Source: Alphaproteobacteria bacterium
GTDB lineage: Bacteria > Pseudomonadota > Alphaproteobacteria > JBFXJJ01
Length of the DNA stretch: 64,000 nt
Assembly: GCA_050175015.1 (NCBI GenBank)
Contig: JBFXJJ010000012.1
Location: 22,549-86,548, forward strand
Reading direction: 5' to 3'
Under the pieces are notes generated by a model. The model saw nothing but the letters and a program-made list of their open reading frames with translations, was not told the DNA's origin and did no database searches. This document shows positions 29,765 through 38,943 of this stretch, piece after piece (position 1 is the stretch's first letter; every line of letters begins with the position of its first letter). Both the position numbers and the translations under genes were made by a program.

Positions 29765-31012
29765 ATGAACACACAAATTACAACCCTTGCAAACGGTATG
29801 CGTATTGTAACCGAATATATGGGCAACGTTGAAACCGCAACCTTAGGCGTTTGGGTTGATATGGGAACAAGATTTGAAACATCTGAATTAAACGGTATTT
29901 CGCATCTTTTTGAACATATGGCATTTAAAGGCACAGAAAGCCGAACTGCACAACAGATTGTGGAAGAGATTGAAGATGTCGGCGGCTGGCTCAATGCTTA
30001 TACCTCAAGAGAAGTTACGGCTTATTATGCTAAAGTGTTAAAAGAAAATGTTAAAACAGCCATTGATGTTATCTCCGATATTCTTCTTAATTCGTCTTTT
30101 CCTCAAGATGAGCTAGATAAAGAAAAAGAAGTTGTCGTGCAGGAAATTATGCAGAATTTTGATGATCCTGATGATTTGGTTTTCGACCATTTTCAAAAAT
30201 TGGCTTATCCCGAACACTCTTTAGGTATGCCGATATTAGGTTCGGTTGATACTGTTAGAAAGATGACTAGAGATAATCTTTTTGATGTTATGGCAAAAAA
30301 TTATAAGGCTAACCGTATGGTTTTTGCCGTTGCTGGTAATGTTCAGCATGAAAAAGTTGTAGAAATGGTTAAGCCTTATTTCGAAAAGCTTACCGCTAGC
30401 AAAGAAGTTATATTAACTACGCCTCAATATCAAGGAGGGTATTTCTTTGAAAAACGTCCTATTGAGCAAGCTAATGTCGTAGTTGGATTTAATGGCGTTT
30501 CTTGTATGGAAGATGATTATTATACAGCATCGGTTTTTTCAACGGCTTTTGGTGGCGGTATGTCTTCAAGACTCTTTCAAGAAGTAAGGGAAAAAAGAGG
30601 TCTGGTATATACTATTTTCTCGAATACCTCAGCTCAAAAAGATTGCGGTCTCTTTTCGATTTATGCTGGCTGCGGGGTTGAAGAAGTTACAGAACTGCTA
30701 GATGTCGTCAGGGACGAAATTCTAAAAACCTCTAAAGGTTTTGATATTAAAGAAATTAAAAGAGCAAAAGCTCAAATAAAAGCTTCAATTTTGATGTCGC
30801 TTGAAAGTACATCTTCAAGAAGTGAACAATCAGCAAGGCAGCTTATGATTTTTAAGAGAATTATCGAGCCTCAAGAACTGGTTGCTAAGATAGAGGCGGT
30901 AGATAATTTAGCTTTGATTAATTTCGCAGAAAAGGTTTTTTCATCTAAACCATCTGTCGCTATGATTGCTCCTAAGGAATCTGAAAAAGCACAGAGCTTT
31001 AGTCTTAATTAG
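29765..31012 (+). CDS. M16 family (pitrilysin/MPP-like) peptidase
   Basis: HLFEHMAFKGT inverted zincin motif, NAYTS, GGGMSSRLFQEVREKRGL. Confidence 0.94.
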   Translation: MNTQITTLANGMRIVTEYMGNVETATLGVWVDMGTRFETSELNGISHLFEHMAFKGTESRTAQQIVEEIEDVGGWLNAYTSREVTAYYAKVLKENVKTAIDVISDILLNSSFPQDELDKEKEVVVQEIMQNFDDPDDLVFDHFQKLAYPEHSLGMPILGSVDTVRKMTRDNLFDVMAKNYKANRMVFAVAGNVQHEKVVEMVKPYFEKLTASKEVILTTPQYQGGYFFEKRPIEQANVVVGFNGVSCMEDDYYTASVFSTAFGGGMSSRLFQEVREKRGLVYTIFSNTSAQKDCGLFSIYAGCGVEEVTELLDVVRDEILKTSKGFDIKEIKRAKAQIKASILMSLESTSSRSEQSARQLMIFKRIIEPQELVAKIEAVDNLALINFAEKVFSSKPSVAMIAPKESEKAQSFSLN

Positions 31013-31020
31013 ATTTTTTA

Positions 31021-31130
31021 ATTTTGCTTTATGGTAAGTCTTGGCGGATAAGTTTTTGCTTTTATTAAAAACAAGAGCAAAACGTTTTTAAAAATTCTTA
31101 ATCTTGCGAAGTATTTTTGAATAATTAGAG
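31021..31130. repeat. Degenerate intergenic repeat element (related segments at about 43520-43680 and 55710-55828)
   Basis: 31021-31119 aligns by eye with 43590-43680; 21-nt exact match of 31054-31074 to the reverse complement of 55759-55779. Confidence 0.5.
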
Positions 31131-31145
31131 TGCTATATGCTGCCC

Positions 31146-31721
31146 CTAAGCGTTACCGCCCGAAGATGATAACATCGAAGGGTCTATTCCTATTTTGGAA
31201 TAAGCTGTTTCCCATTTTTTATCAACGGGGGTGTTAAACAGCAGTTCGGGATCTGCGGGAAGGGAAATCCAAGAGTTTTGTTTTAACTCATTTTCAAGTT
31301 GTTCTGGAGCCCAGCCAGCATAACCTAATGCGATTAAAGCATTCTTAGGACCTTTGCCGTTGGCTAATTCTTTTAAAATATCAATTGTTGCGGTTAGGGC
31401 TATGTTATCATTTAAAAGAAGGGTTCCGCTTTGGCGGTAATCAGAACTGTGGATTACAAAACCTCTAATTGTTTCAACGGGACCCCCATAAAGAACATCA
31501 TTAATCAATATGTCTTTGGAAGGAAAAAGTTCAAGCTGCTCTAAAAGGTCAGAAAATGTAACCTGTTCAATCTTACGGTTAATCATAATTCCCATTGCGC
31601 CGTCTTTGGAATGAGCGCAAACAAAAATTACAGCATGTTCAAAGCGAGAATCTTCCATATTAGGAGTAGATACGATGCATTGTCCTGATAAAAAACTGTT
31701 ATTGTTATTGTCTATATTCAT
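31146..31721 (-). CDS. YqgE/AlgH family protein
   Basis: P.M.D.RF...VI..C.H...GAMG, GGPV, GYAGW...QLE.E. Confidence 0.93.
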   Translation of the reverse strand: MNIDNNNNSFLSGQCIVSTPNMEDSRFEHAVIFVCAHSKDGAMGIMINRKIEQVTFSDLLEQLELFPSKDILINDVLYGGPVETIRGFVIHSSDYRQSGTLLLNDNIALTATIDILKELANGKGPKNALIALGYAGWAPEQLENELKQNSWISLPADPELLFNTPVDKKWETAYSKIGIDPSMLSSSGGNA

Positions 31722-31777
31722 TTTTTTACATAAATTGGTAAGTAAGCAAGATTATTATTAAAGGTTTCGATATAAAT

Positions 31778-34321
31778 ATGAACAAAATATTACTTTTAAG
31801 CAAGCTTAATAAAGCAATAAAAATATTTTTTATTTTTTGTTTGCTGAGCTTTAGTTGCATTCTAAGTTCACACGCTGAGAACAGTAGTATATGGGATAAT
31901 AAGATTTTTGCAGATGAAGATCTTTATGATAATGAAAAATTTGCCAAGTTTTTAAAAGATAATTATACCAACTTTTTTCAAGATGATTTAGGCGTTATCG
32001 AAAGAGAAGTTAGGGAAGAGCTGCCTAATGAAAGTGAAGAAAAAATAAAACAAGTTACAAATGATATTATTAAGCAAATCAATCAGCATTTTAATGACAG
32101 AAACAAAGAACTGTTTGATGATCCTGTTAAATTTATTCGTAAAAAGGTTTTAGCTGAAAATCCTAAAGCTACAGAAGAAGATATTTTAAAAGAAATAAAA
32201 AAAGCTGAAATTCTAACAAGGCTTTATGTCGAAATGGAGGAGTTAAAGCAGGAATATCTTAAAAATGAAGGGATTAAAGAAAGAAAAATTAAAAATCCAT
32301 ATATCAGAATCTTACCTAAAGTGCAGCAAGAACTGCAAGATGCTTTTGGACTTGGTTCCCAAGAAAAATATGAAGAAAGCCAAGAAAAAGCAAAAAGACT
32401 TAAGTTTAAAGAACAAGATCATCAACAAAAAATGGAAGGTTTTTTTGATGGGGTAGGTCTTGATGATTTTTTTGCTTATAATCCCTTAGAACGGAATCAA
32501 AAAGGAAGAGGTTTTGGCGAATGGCTTGATACAGATAAGGCAAAAATCAGGCTGCTTTCGACCAGAACTGGTTTTAATGAACCCCGCCCATTTTTTATCG
32601 GGCTTCATATTATGCTTAAAAATAGAGATGATGTTTTTCTGTGGAAATCTCCTGGAGACCTAGGGAAAGCCATGGAGCTTGATTTAAGTGGTTCTCAAAA
32701 TATTGCATCTTGGCAAATTAAATGGCCTGCACCTAAGAGGTTTGAAAAAGAAGGAAAAACAACATTTGGATATAAGAATAAATTAGTGGTTCCTGTGTTA
32801 ATAAAACCAGAACAAAGGGATAAAGATGTTGTTATAAAAGCTAAAATTAAGTTTGATGTTTGTGGTGATGACTGTCAAAGTTTTGAGGGCAGCCTTTCGG
32901 AAATAACAATAACAAGCGGTTTTTCTGCGCCTTCAAGTTTTAACACCATAATTGAAAGATATGCTAAAGATGTTACTTATATCAAAACAAAATATTTAGA
33001 TTTAAAAGACCTTTATTTAGATGAAAAAACAAAGTCATTGGTTGTTAAGGCTTCTTCAACGCAAGATAAAAACAATACGGATATTTTTGTTGAAAACGAA
33101 AGTGGTATCAAATTTTTAAAACCAACGGTTATGGTTAAGGGCGATGATATTTTCTATAGAATTCCTTATGATGAAAATACCCTTCCTGAGACAGGCATAA
33201 CGGGTCAAAAAATAAAGCTCACAGCAACAAATGATATTTTTTGGTCAGAGAAAGAATTTGAAGTTAAAAAAACTTTCAGCCTTGATATTTTTTATCCTAA
33301 TTTTTCGAAGCATCTTTTGATTTGGGCATTTCTTACAGGACTATTGCTTAATATCTATCCGCCGTTTTTTATTTTTAATTTAGATAGTTTTATGCTTTCG
33401 AGGTCATTTGGAGCATTTAAAAATATAGAGTTAAAGAAAAGATTTTTATTAAGAGCTTTGGGAGCCGCTCTGTTCTTTCCGATGCTTTGGCTTTTAGGCA
33501 CCGTTTTGAGTTGTTTTGGATTTACGGTGGTTTGGAGTTTATGGTTTCAAAATATCGGACTGCAAGTTGTCACTAGCTTTTTGATGTTGTTATGGTTTTT
33601 ATATCGTGCTGGCTATTTTGCTAAAAAAGAAAAAGTCTCATTATATCTCGAATTTTTAAAAGGTTTTATCGTCTCTTTATTGAGTGTGGTTTTAATTTCA
33701 TACTTTATCGAGGACAAATTTAACTTTGCTTTTTTCTATGGCAATATGGGACAGTCTTTTTGTATATTCCTTGCAATAGCCTTAGGTTTCATAGTTCCTC
33801 ATATCTGGTTTGTTATGAAAATTTGGGACAATCCTAGGAATATATCAATGCATCTTTCTTTTACACATTTGCAAAACCGAGGCGATTTCATTTCTTTTCT
33901 TTTAGTTTGCTGGTTTTTCGGTGTATCGGTTTTTAGCTACCTGTCATCTTTTTATACGGTTAACGACTGGGCTAAATATAATGACGAAGAGATAAGGACA
34001 GCTGTAAATGAGGATAAAATAGTTTTTCTTGAGGTTAGCTCTAAATATTGTCTTATGTGTAATATTGCTGATTTTCTTGTTATGGAGAGTCAGAGTGTAA
34101 AAAAATATTTTGATGCTAATAAAGTTGTTAGAATGCGTTCAGACTTATCAAGTGAACCTAATGAAGGCAAACTCATTTTAAAACGTTTTGCTGAAACCAA
34201 AGAACCACTTTATGCCTTTTTCTCGCCTAAATATCCAGACGGCTTTGTAATTGAGGGGGCAATAGGTGTTGATGTTATGAAAAAAATAATAGGGGATTTG
34301 GTAAAAAAGGATTTTGAGTAA
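31778..34321 (+). CDS. DsbD/ScsB-like disulfide reductase, divergent, with N-terminal extension
   Basis: Signal peptide; W..PG..G, WPAP.RF, VC...C DsbD-N motifs; TM domain; C-terminal thioredoxin CLMC; next to yqgE as in other alphaproteobacteria. Confidence 0.78.
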   Translation: MNKILLLSKLNKAIKIFFIFCLLSFSCILSSHAENSSIWDNKIFADEDLYDNEKFAKFLKDNYTNFFQDDLGVIEREVREELPNESEEKIKQVTNDIIKQINQHFNDRNKELFDDPVKFIRKKVLAENPKATEEDILKEIKKAEILTRLYVEMEELKQEYLKNEGIKERKIKNPYIRILPKVQQELQDAFGLGSQEKYEESQEKAKRLKFKEQDHQQKMEGFFDGVGLDDFFAYNPLERNQKGRGFGEWLDTDKAKIRLLSTRTGFNEPRPFFIGLHIMLKNRDDVFLWKSPGDLGKAMELDLSGSQNIASWQIKWPAPKRFEKEGKTTFGYKNKLVVPVLIKPEQRDKDVVIKAKIKFDVCGDDCQSFEGSLSEITITSGFSAPSSFNTIIERYAKDVTYIKTKYLDLKDLYLDEKTKSLVVKASSTQDKNNTDIFVENESGIKFLKPTVMVKGDDIFYRIPYDENTLPETGITGQKIKLTATNDIFWSEKEFEVKKTFSLDIFYPNFSKHLLIWAFLTGLLLNIYPPFFIFNLDSFMLSRSFGAFKNIELKKRFLLRALGAALFFPMLWLLGTVLSCFGFTVVWSLWFQNIGLQVVTSFLMLLWFLYRAGYFAKKEKVSLYLEFLKGFIVSLLSVVLISYFIEDKFNFAFFYGNMGQSFCIFLAIALGFIVPHIWFVMKIWDNPRNISMHLSFTHLQNRGDFISFLLVCWFFGVSVFSYLSSFYTVNDWAKYNDEEIRTAVNEDKIVFLEVSSKYCLMCNIADFLVMESQSVKKYFDANKVVRMRSDLSSEPNEGKLILKRFAETKEPLYAFFSPKYPDGFVIEGAIGVDVMKKIIGDLVKKDFE

Positions 34322-34434
34322 AGCTTTTTTTAAATTTAAGTTAAAGATGTTTGGGCTGCATTTTTCTTAAAGTTTAAATTTGTTTTACCGCAGCTTAGCT
34401 AAATATGCTCTAAAACGTCGGTGGCTTTTTAGGA

Positions 34435-34887
34435 TTAATCTAAAAATGTTTTAGCTTTATCTGAAGCTAATTTGTCGGCACGTTCATTTTCTGGGTGGCC
34501 ATTATGCCCTTTAACCCATTGCCAATCAATAAGATGCCCCTCGACCAAGACATCGAGTTCTTGCCAAAGTTCAATGTTTTTGACTTCTTTTTTGTTTGAA
34601 GTTCTCCAGCCTGATTTTTTCCAGTTTTGCAGCCATAAAGTAATGCCGTTTTTTACATAGGAACTATCTGTATATATGGTAATTTGGCATTTTCTTTTTA
34701 ATACTTTAAGAGCTTCAATAACAGCTGTTAATTCCATACGATTGTTGGTCGTTTCTTTTGCACCGCCGCAAAGTTCCCTCTCTTTACCTCGGCAGCGTAA
34801 AATAGCTCCCCAGCCGCCAGCCCCTGGGTTGCCTTTACAAGCGCCATCAGTAAATATTTCAACAAAGTCTAAAGTTTCAGGTGACAT
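34435..34887 (-). CDS. rnhA: Ribonuclease HI
   Basis: [43 protein letters not shown]. Confidence 0.97.
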   Translation of the reverse strand: MSPETLDFVEIFTDGACKGNPGAGGWGAILRCRGKERELCGGAKETTNNRMELTAVIEALKVLKRKCQITIYTDSSYVKNGITLWLQNWKKSGWRTSNKKEVKNIELWQELDVLVEGHLIDWQWVKGHNGHPENERADKLASDKAKTFLD

Positions 34888-34900
34888 ATTTTTTTAGTTT

Positions 34901-35311
34901 TTATTCATAGTCAAAGTTATAATTACAAAAGGAGCAGCGTTTAGCAATAATATTAGCTTCAGTACCGCATCTTGGACACATTTTTGAGGTTGAACTTATA
35001 TTAATAATATTTGAGTTTGGTTTTTCCATATCTTCAAAAGGATCAGGCTCACTTTGACTGTATTTTGATCCAATCTTTTTTTTCAGCTTGCTGTTTTGGT
35101 GTTTTTTTAATTTAGATGCAAGCTCTGAGTTTGGAGCTAAATCGTTTATGATTGCCTGCATTTTTTCGGGATCAACATTGTCGATAATTTCCCCAATGTT
35201 TTTAATGTTTACTTTGTGAAAAACGTTTTTAATTCTTCTAATAATAAAAATCACTACAAAAAGAATAAAGAAAGTATTGAGTATAAAAGGCATAATTACA
35301 AAAACATTCAT
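34901..35311 (-). CDS. Hypothetical membrane-anchored protein with C-terminal zinc ribbon
   Basis: N-terminal TM helix; CPRCG...CSFC. Confidence 0.7.
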   Translation of the reverse strand: MNVFVIMPFILNTFFILFVVIFIIRRIKNVFHKVNIKNIGEIIDNVDPEKMQAIINDLAPNSELASKLKKHQNSKLKKKIGSKYSQSEPDPFEDMEKPNSNIINISSTSKMCPRCGTEANIIAKRCSFCNYNFDYE

Positions 35312-35321
35312 AAGCCAGCTC

Positions 35322-36284
35322 CTAATAAATGCCGTAAGCTTCTGGGGTCATAACAGCACGGTGAAACCTTAGTTTCATTAAGTATTCCGTTGGGTCTTTA
35401 ACATTAACCAAAGCATCTTTTGGGGTGTTAATAAAGTCATAAAGTCTAGTTAGAAGAAACCTTAAAGCGCTGCCTCTCGCTAAAATTGGAAGAGCTTTGA
35501 TTTCTGCATCTGACAGCTTTCTAATCTTGTTGTATTCCGAGAACATTTTTCGTGCCTTGGTGATATTAAAGGAAAAATCATCTTCAAAGCACCAAGCATT
35601 GAGCGTAATCGCCAGTTCATAAGCCAGAAAATCTGTGCAGGCAAAATAAAAGTCGATAATTCCAGAAAGTTTTTTTCCAAGGAAGAAAACATTATCAGGG
35701 AAAACATCGGCGTGAATAATGCCCTTGGGCAAATCTTGAGGCCAAAGTTTCTCGATTTCATTCAAATTATCGGCAATTTCTGCGGCAAGATTGGGGGCCA
35801 CCTTGTCAGCATCATCTTTAGTTTTTTGATAGAGTTCGTGCCAGCTTTCAATGCTCATAGAATTAGGACGTATCATTGTAAAATCTTCCAGAGCTAAATG
35901 CATTTTGGCCATAGCGCTTCCAAGTTCACCACAATGCTCTACGGTAATTTTTTTTGGAGACATCCCTTTTAAGAAACTAGATATTATTGTTGGTTTAGAC
36001 GCTATTTCTTTAAGAATTGCACCTTTTTTATCTTTGATCGGTTCGGGACACGGAAAATTTTTAGTCGCCAAATGCTGCATCAAATTAATAAAGAAAGGGA
36101 GTTCTTTGGGATTAACTCGTTTTTCATAAATAGTAAGAATAAAATTATCAACACTGGTTTGAACTAGAAAGTTAGTGTTTTCAATTCCTTCTGCAATTCC
36201 CTTGTAGAATACGACTTCACCAATATTATATTGGCTAAAAAAGTCCTCCATTTCATCGTCAGAAACTTTAGTATATACCGCCAT
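35322..36284 (-). CDS. thrB: Homoserine kinase type II
   Basis: MAVYT, GIAEG.EN.N, GIIHAD.FPDNV, IDFYFAC, RFLLTRLYD. Confidence 0.96.
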   Translation of the reverse strand: MAVYTKVSDDEMEDFFSQYNIGEVVFYKGIAEGIENTNFLVQTSVDNFILTIYEKRVNPKELPFFINLMQHLATKNFPCPEPIKDKKGAILKEIASKPTIISSFLKGMSPKKITVEHCGELGSAMAKMHLALEDFTMIRPNSMSIESWHELYQKTKDDADKVAPNLAAEIADNLNEIEKLWPQDLPKGIIHADVFPDNVFFLGKKLSGIIDFYFACTDFLAYELAITLNAWCFEDDFSFNITKARKMFSEYNKIRKLSDAEIKALPILARGSALRFLLTRLYDFINTPKDALVNVKDPTEYLMKLRFHRAVMTPEAYGIY

Positions 36285-37318
36285 TAGACACTTATCTCCA
36301 GATTTTTAAAGAACTGCTCAAGGAAGAAGTTTTGGTATTCAGAACCTCGCTCGATATCTAATCTAGAAGTTATAGCATCATCAACAAGACGTCTTAAAGC
36401 ATCTTTTTCAATCCGCAATCTAAAGTTTTTAGGAAGCGAGTTACCAGCTCCAACCACGCCTTCAAAAACAAAAGAATTCGTAACAGGAGGATCTATTTTA
36501 ATGGAAATGGTTGCAAGGTTTATTTTACCTTGAGGCGGCAGTTTAAAGTCATCGCTGGAAACAGAACTGTAGTGATTAGGAATATAACTCATAACCTGCA
36601 TTCCATCAGAAGGCGAAAAGTGCAGTCCAAATTTTTCGCAGGCTCTTTCAATTACATTGCAAGTAAAGTAAAGCTCTCTTGCTATAAAATTGCTGTCGTT
36701 TATAGCTTGAATCATAAAGGTAATTTCAAGCGTATTTTGATAAACTTTGAAAGATCTTGAAACAAAATCAACAAAGATATACGGCTGGGGACGTCTGCCA
36801 AACATACCCGCCAGAACAGATGGCGGAGCATTCTGAGTGCTGGAGCCTGCCCGGATATAATATTTACTGTCGCTTGCCATTAAAGGGGCAAAATTGCTTT
36901 TAGGAATTAAAGTTGCGATGTAACCGGTTTCATCATCTTTTTCACCAATTATGGTGCTTTGTACGGTTTTGTGCGCTGGCAGAGTGCAGCCTGAAACCGA
37001 ATTTTCAATCCAGCTTAAAAAGCGTCTGACATTTTCTATCCTTACTTTGGCTTTTGCCACATCTCCTATTTCAACATCTCTGGCGCAGTCAACGCCCCAA
37101 AGTATGACGCCGCCCTCAGAGTTGCCAAACCCCGATATAGCTTTAGCAAGGTTTTTTCTGTCATCGTGGTGCATAGCGGTTCCTTTACCGTTACCGCTAG
37201 GATTAGCACGCTTGAAGTCAAGAAAAAGTTCTTCGGTTTGATGGTTGATAATAAATTCATCAATCGCATCTTCTTGAAGAGTTTTCAGTTTTTGAAAAAT
37301 ATCTTCGGCTCGTCCCAT
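36284..37318 (-). CDS. Schlafen/AlbA_2 domain protein with unknown C-terminal domain
   Basis: E..FLDFK, LAKAISGFGNSEGGVILWGV, YYIRAGSS motifs. Confidence 0.85.
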   Translation of the reverse strand: MGRAEDIFQKLKTLQEDAIDEFIINHQTEELFLDFKRANPSGNGKGTAMHHDDRKNLAKAISGFGNSEGGVILWGVDCARDVEIGDVAKAKVRIENVRRFLSWIENSVSGCTLPAHKTVQSTIIGEKDDETGYIATLIPKSNFAPLMASDSKYYIRAGSSTQNAPPSVLAGMFGRRPQPYIFVDFVSRSFKVYQNTLEITFMIQAINDSNFIARELYFTCNVIERACEKFGLHFSPSDGMQVMSYIPNHYSSVSSDDFKLPPQGKINLATISIKIDPPVTNSFVFEGVVGAGNSLPKNFRLRIEKDALRRLVDDAITSRLDIERGSEYQNFFLEQFFKNLEISV

Positions 37319-37319
37319 G

Positions 37320-38279
37320 CTAAGGTTCTTTCAATTCAATAGGCAGTTTAAAAATAGTTTTTTCTTTGGTAAAAGTCGTCTCTTTTATTTTAACATTATA
37401 TCTTTTCTTGATTCCAGCAATAACTTTTTTAACCAGAATTTCTGGGGCAGATGCTCCAGCTGTTATTCCTAAGGTTTGTATTCCTTCAAGAGCCCCCCAG
37501 TTTATTTCATCAGGACTTTCGATAAGAAATGATTTCATACAGCCTGAGGTTTTGCTTACTTCAACTAAACGCTGGGAGTTAGAGGAATTGGGAGATCCGA
37601 TAACAAAAATAGTGTCGCAGATAGCGGCAATTTCTTTAATAGCATTTTGACGATTGGTAGTGGCGTAGCAGATATCGTTTTTATTTGGCTGTCCAATATT
37701 AGGAATTTTATTTTTTAAGATTTTGATAATTTTTTCGGTCTCATCAAAAGATAAAGTCGTTTGGGTAACATAAGAATAGGTCTTTTTTGTATCAGGAGAA
37801 AAGTTTTTGGCATCATCTTCGCCTTCAATAATGATGATGTTTTCTTCAGGAATCTGCCCCTTTGTCCCAATAATTTCAGGGTGTTTTTTGTGTCCGATTA
37901 AAATAACGTCATTGCCCAAATTAAAGTTTTTGATAGTTTCAAGATGTACTTTTTCAACAAGCGGGCAGGTTGCATCAATAAAATGAATGTTACGGTCTTC
38001 GGCTTCTTTTACTACAGCTTTAGATACACCGTGAGCCGAAAAAATTACAGGACGATCAGCGGGAACTTCGCTTAGTTCATCAACAAAAATAGCCCCTTTT
38101 TCTTTGAGCGATTCGACAACAAAACGATTGTGAACAATCTCGTGTCGGACATAAACTGGTTTGCCAAATTTTTTGATAGCTTTTTCAACAATTTTAATCG
38201 CTCTGGTAACGCCTGCGCAAAAACCTCTTGGTTTAGCAAGCATAATGGTAATTTTAGGTTTCTTTTTTTTATTTAGCAT
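37320..38279 (-). CDS. ispH: 4-hydroxy-3-methylbut-2-enyl diphosphate reductase
   Basis: PRGFCAGV, HEIVHN, DATCPLV.KVH, ICYATTNRQ, NSSNS, TAGASAP. Confidence 0.97.
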   Translation of the reverse strand: MLNKKKKPKITIMLAKPRGFCAGVTRAIKIVEKAIKKFGKPVYVRHEIVHNRFVVESLKEKGAIFVDELSEVPADRPVIFSAHGVSKAVVKEAEDRNIHFIDATCPLVEKVHLETIKNFNLGNDVILIGHKKHPEIIGTKGQIPEENIIIIEGEDDAKNFSPDTKKTYSYVTQTTLSFDETEKIIKILKNKIPNIGQPNKNDICYATTNRQNAIKEIAAICDTIFVIGSPNSSNSQRLVEVSKTSGCMKSFLIESPDEINWGALEGIQTLGITAGASAPEILVKKVIAGIKKRYNVKIKETTFTKEKTIFKLPIELKEP

Positions 38280-38385
38280 TGTTAATTTTTTCAGTATATT
38301 TTATTAAGTTACTAGACATTTAATCCGTTAGAAAGATATTATCTTAAAGACAATTATTAGCTAATCAAACTTATTTTATAATGTA

Positions 38386-38940
38386 ATGAATATAAAATTT
38401 TTAAAAAAACCCCTAATTAAAATTCTTTTTTTATTCGCAGCTGTTCTGAATCTTAATTCTTGCGTGAATAAAAAGCCTTTACCTCCATGTCCTGGCGTTT
38501 ATCTTGAAGAGAATACCGTTTCAGGAACTTTTTTCAAAGATGAGGTTGGTAAAGACATTACTGACAAAGTTTTGGAAGTAGAAATCAAAGGGTATGATGG
38601 CTATTGCACTTATTCTAAGGACTTAAAAAAAGTTGAAGTAAGAATCAATGCTGTTTTTGACGCCGTTCTTGGCGGTGCTGCTAAAAGTCGAAAAGTCGAC
38701 TTTAGCTATTTCATAGCAGTGCCTAGTTTTTATCCTGCAAAAGAAGGAAAACAGGTTTTTAATGTTAGTTTAGATTTTCCTGAAGGGGTTTATTACTTAA
38801 GCCACCTTGATGATGAAATCAAAATAACCCTGCCTGTTCCACAAGACGAAAAAGACAAAGACTTAAGCATTTTTCTTGGGCTTCAGCTGACAGAAAATCA
38901 ATTAAAATATAATCGTGAAAAGCTGAAGGAAAAGGATTAA
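38386..38940 (+). CDS. Conserved alphaproteobacterial-type lipoprotein, hypothetical
   Basis: Lipobox-like LNSC, PPCP.V, YFIAV, GLQLT..QL.YNR; divergent from ispH. Confidence 0.75.
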   Translation: MNIKFLKKPLIKILFLFAAVLNLNSCVNKKPLPPCPGVYLEENTVSGTFFKDEVGKDITDKVLEVEIKGYDGYCTYSKDLKKVEVRINAVFDAVLGGAAKSRKVDFSYFIAVPSFYPAKEGKQVFNVSLDFPEGVYYLSHLDDEIKITLPVPQDEKDKDLSIFLGLQLTENQLKYNREKLKEKD

Positions 38941-38943
38941 AAA

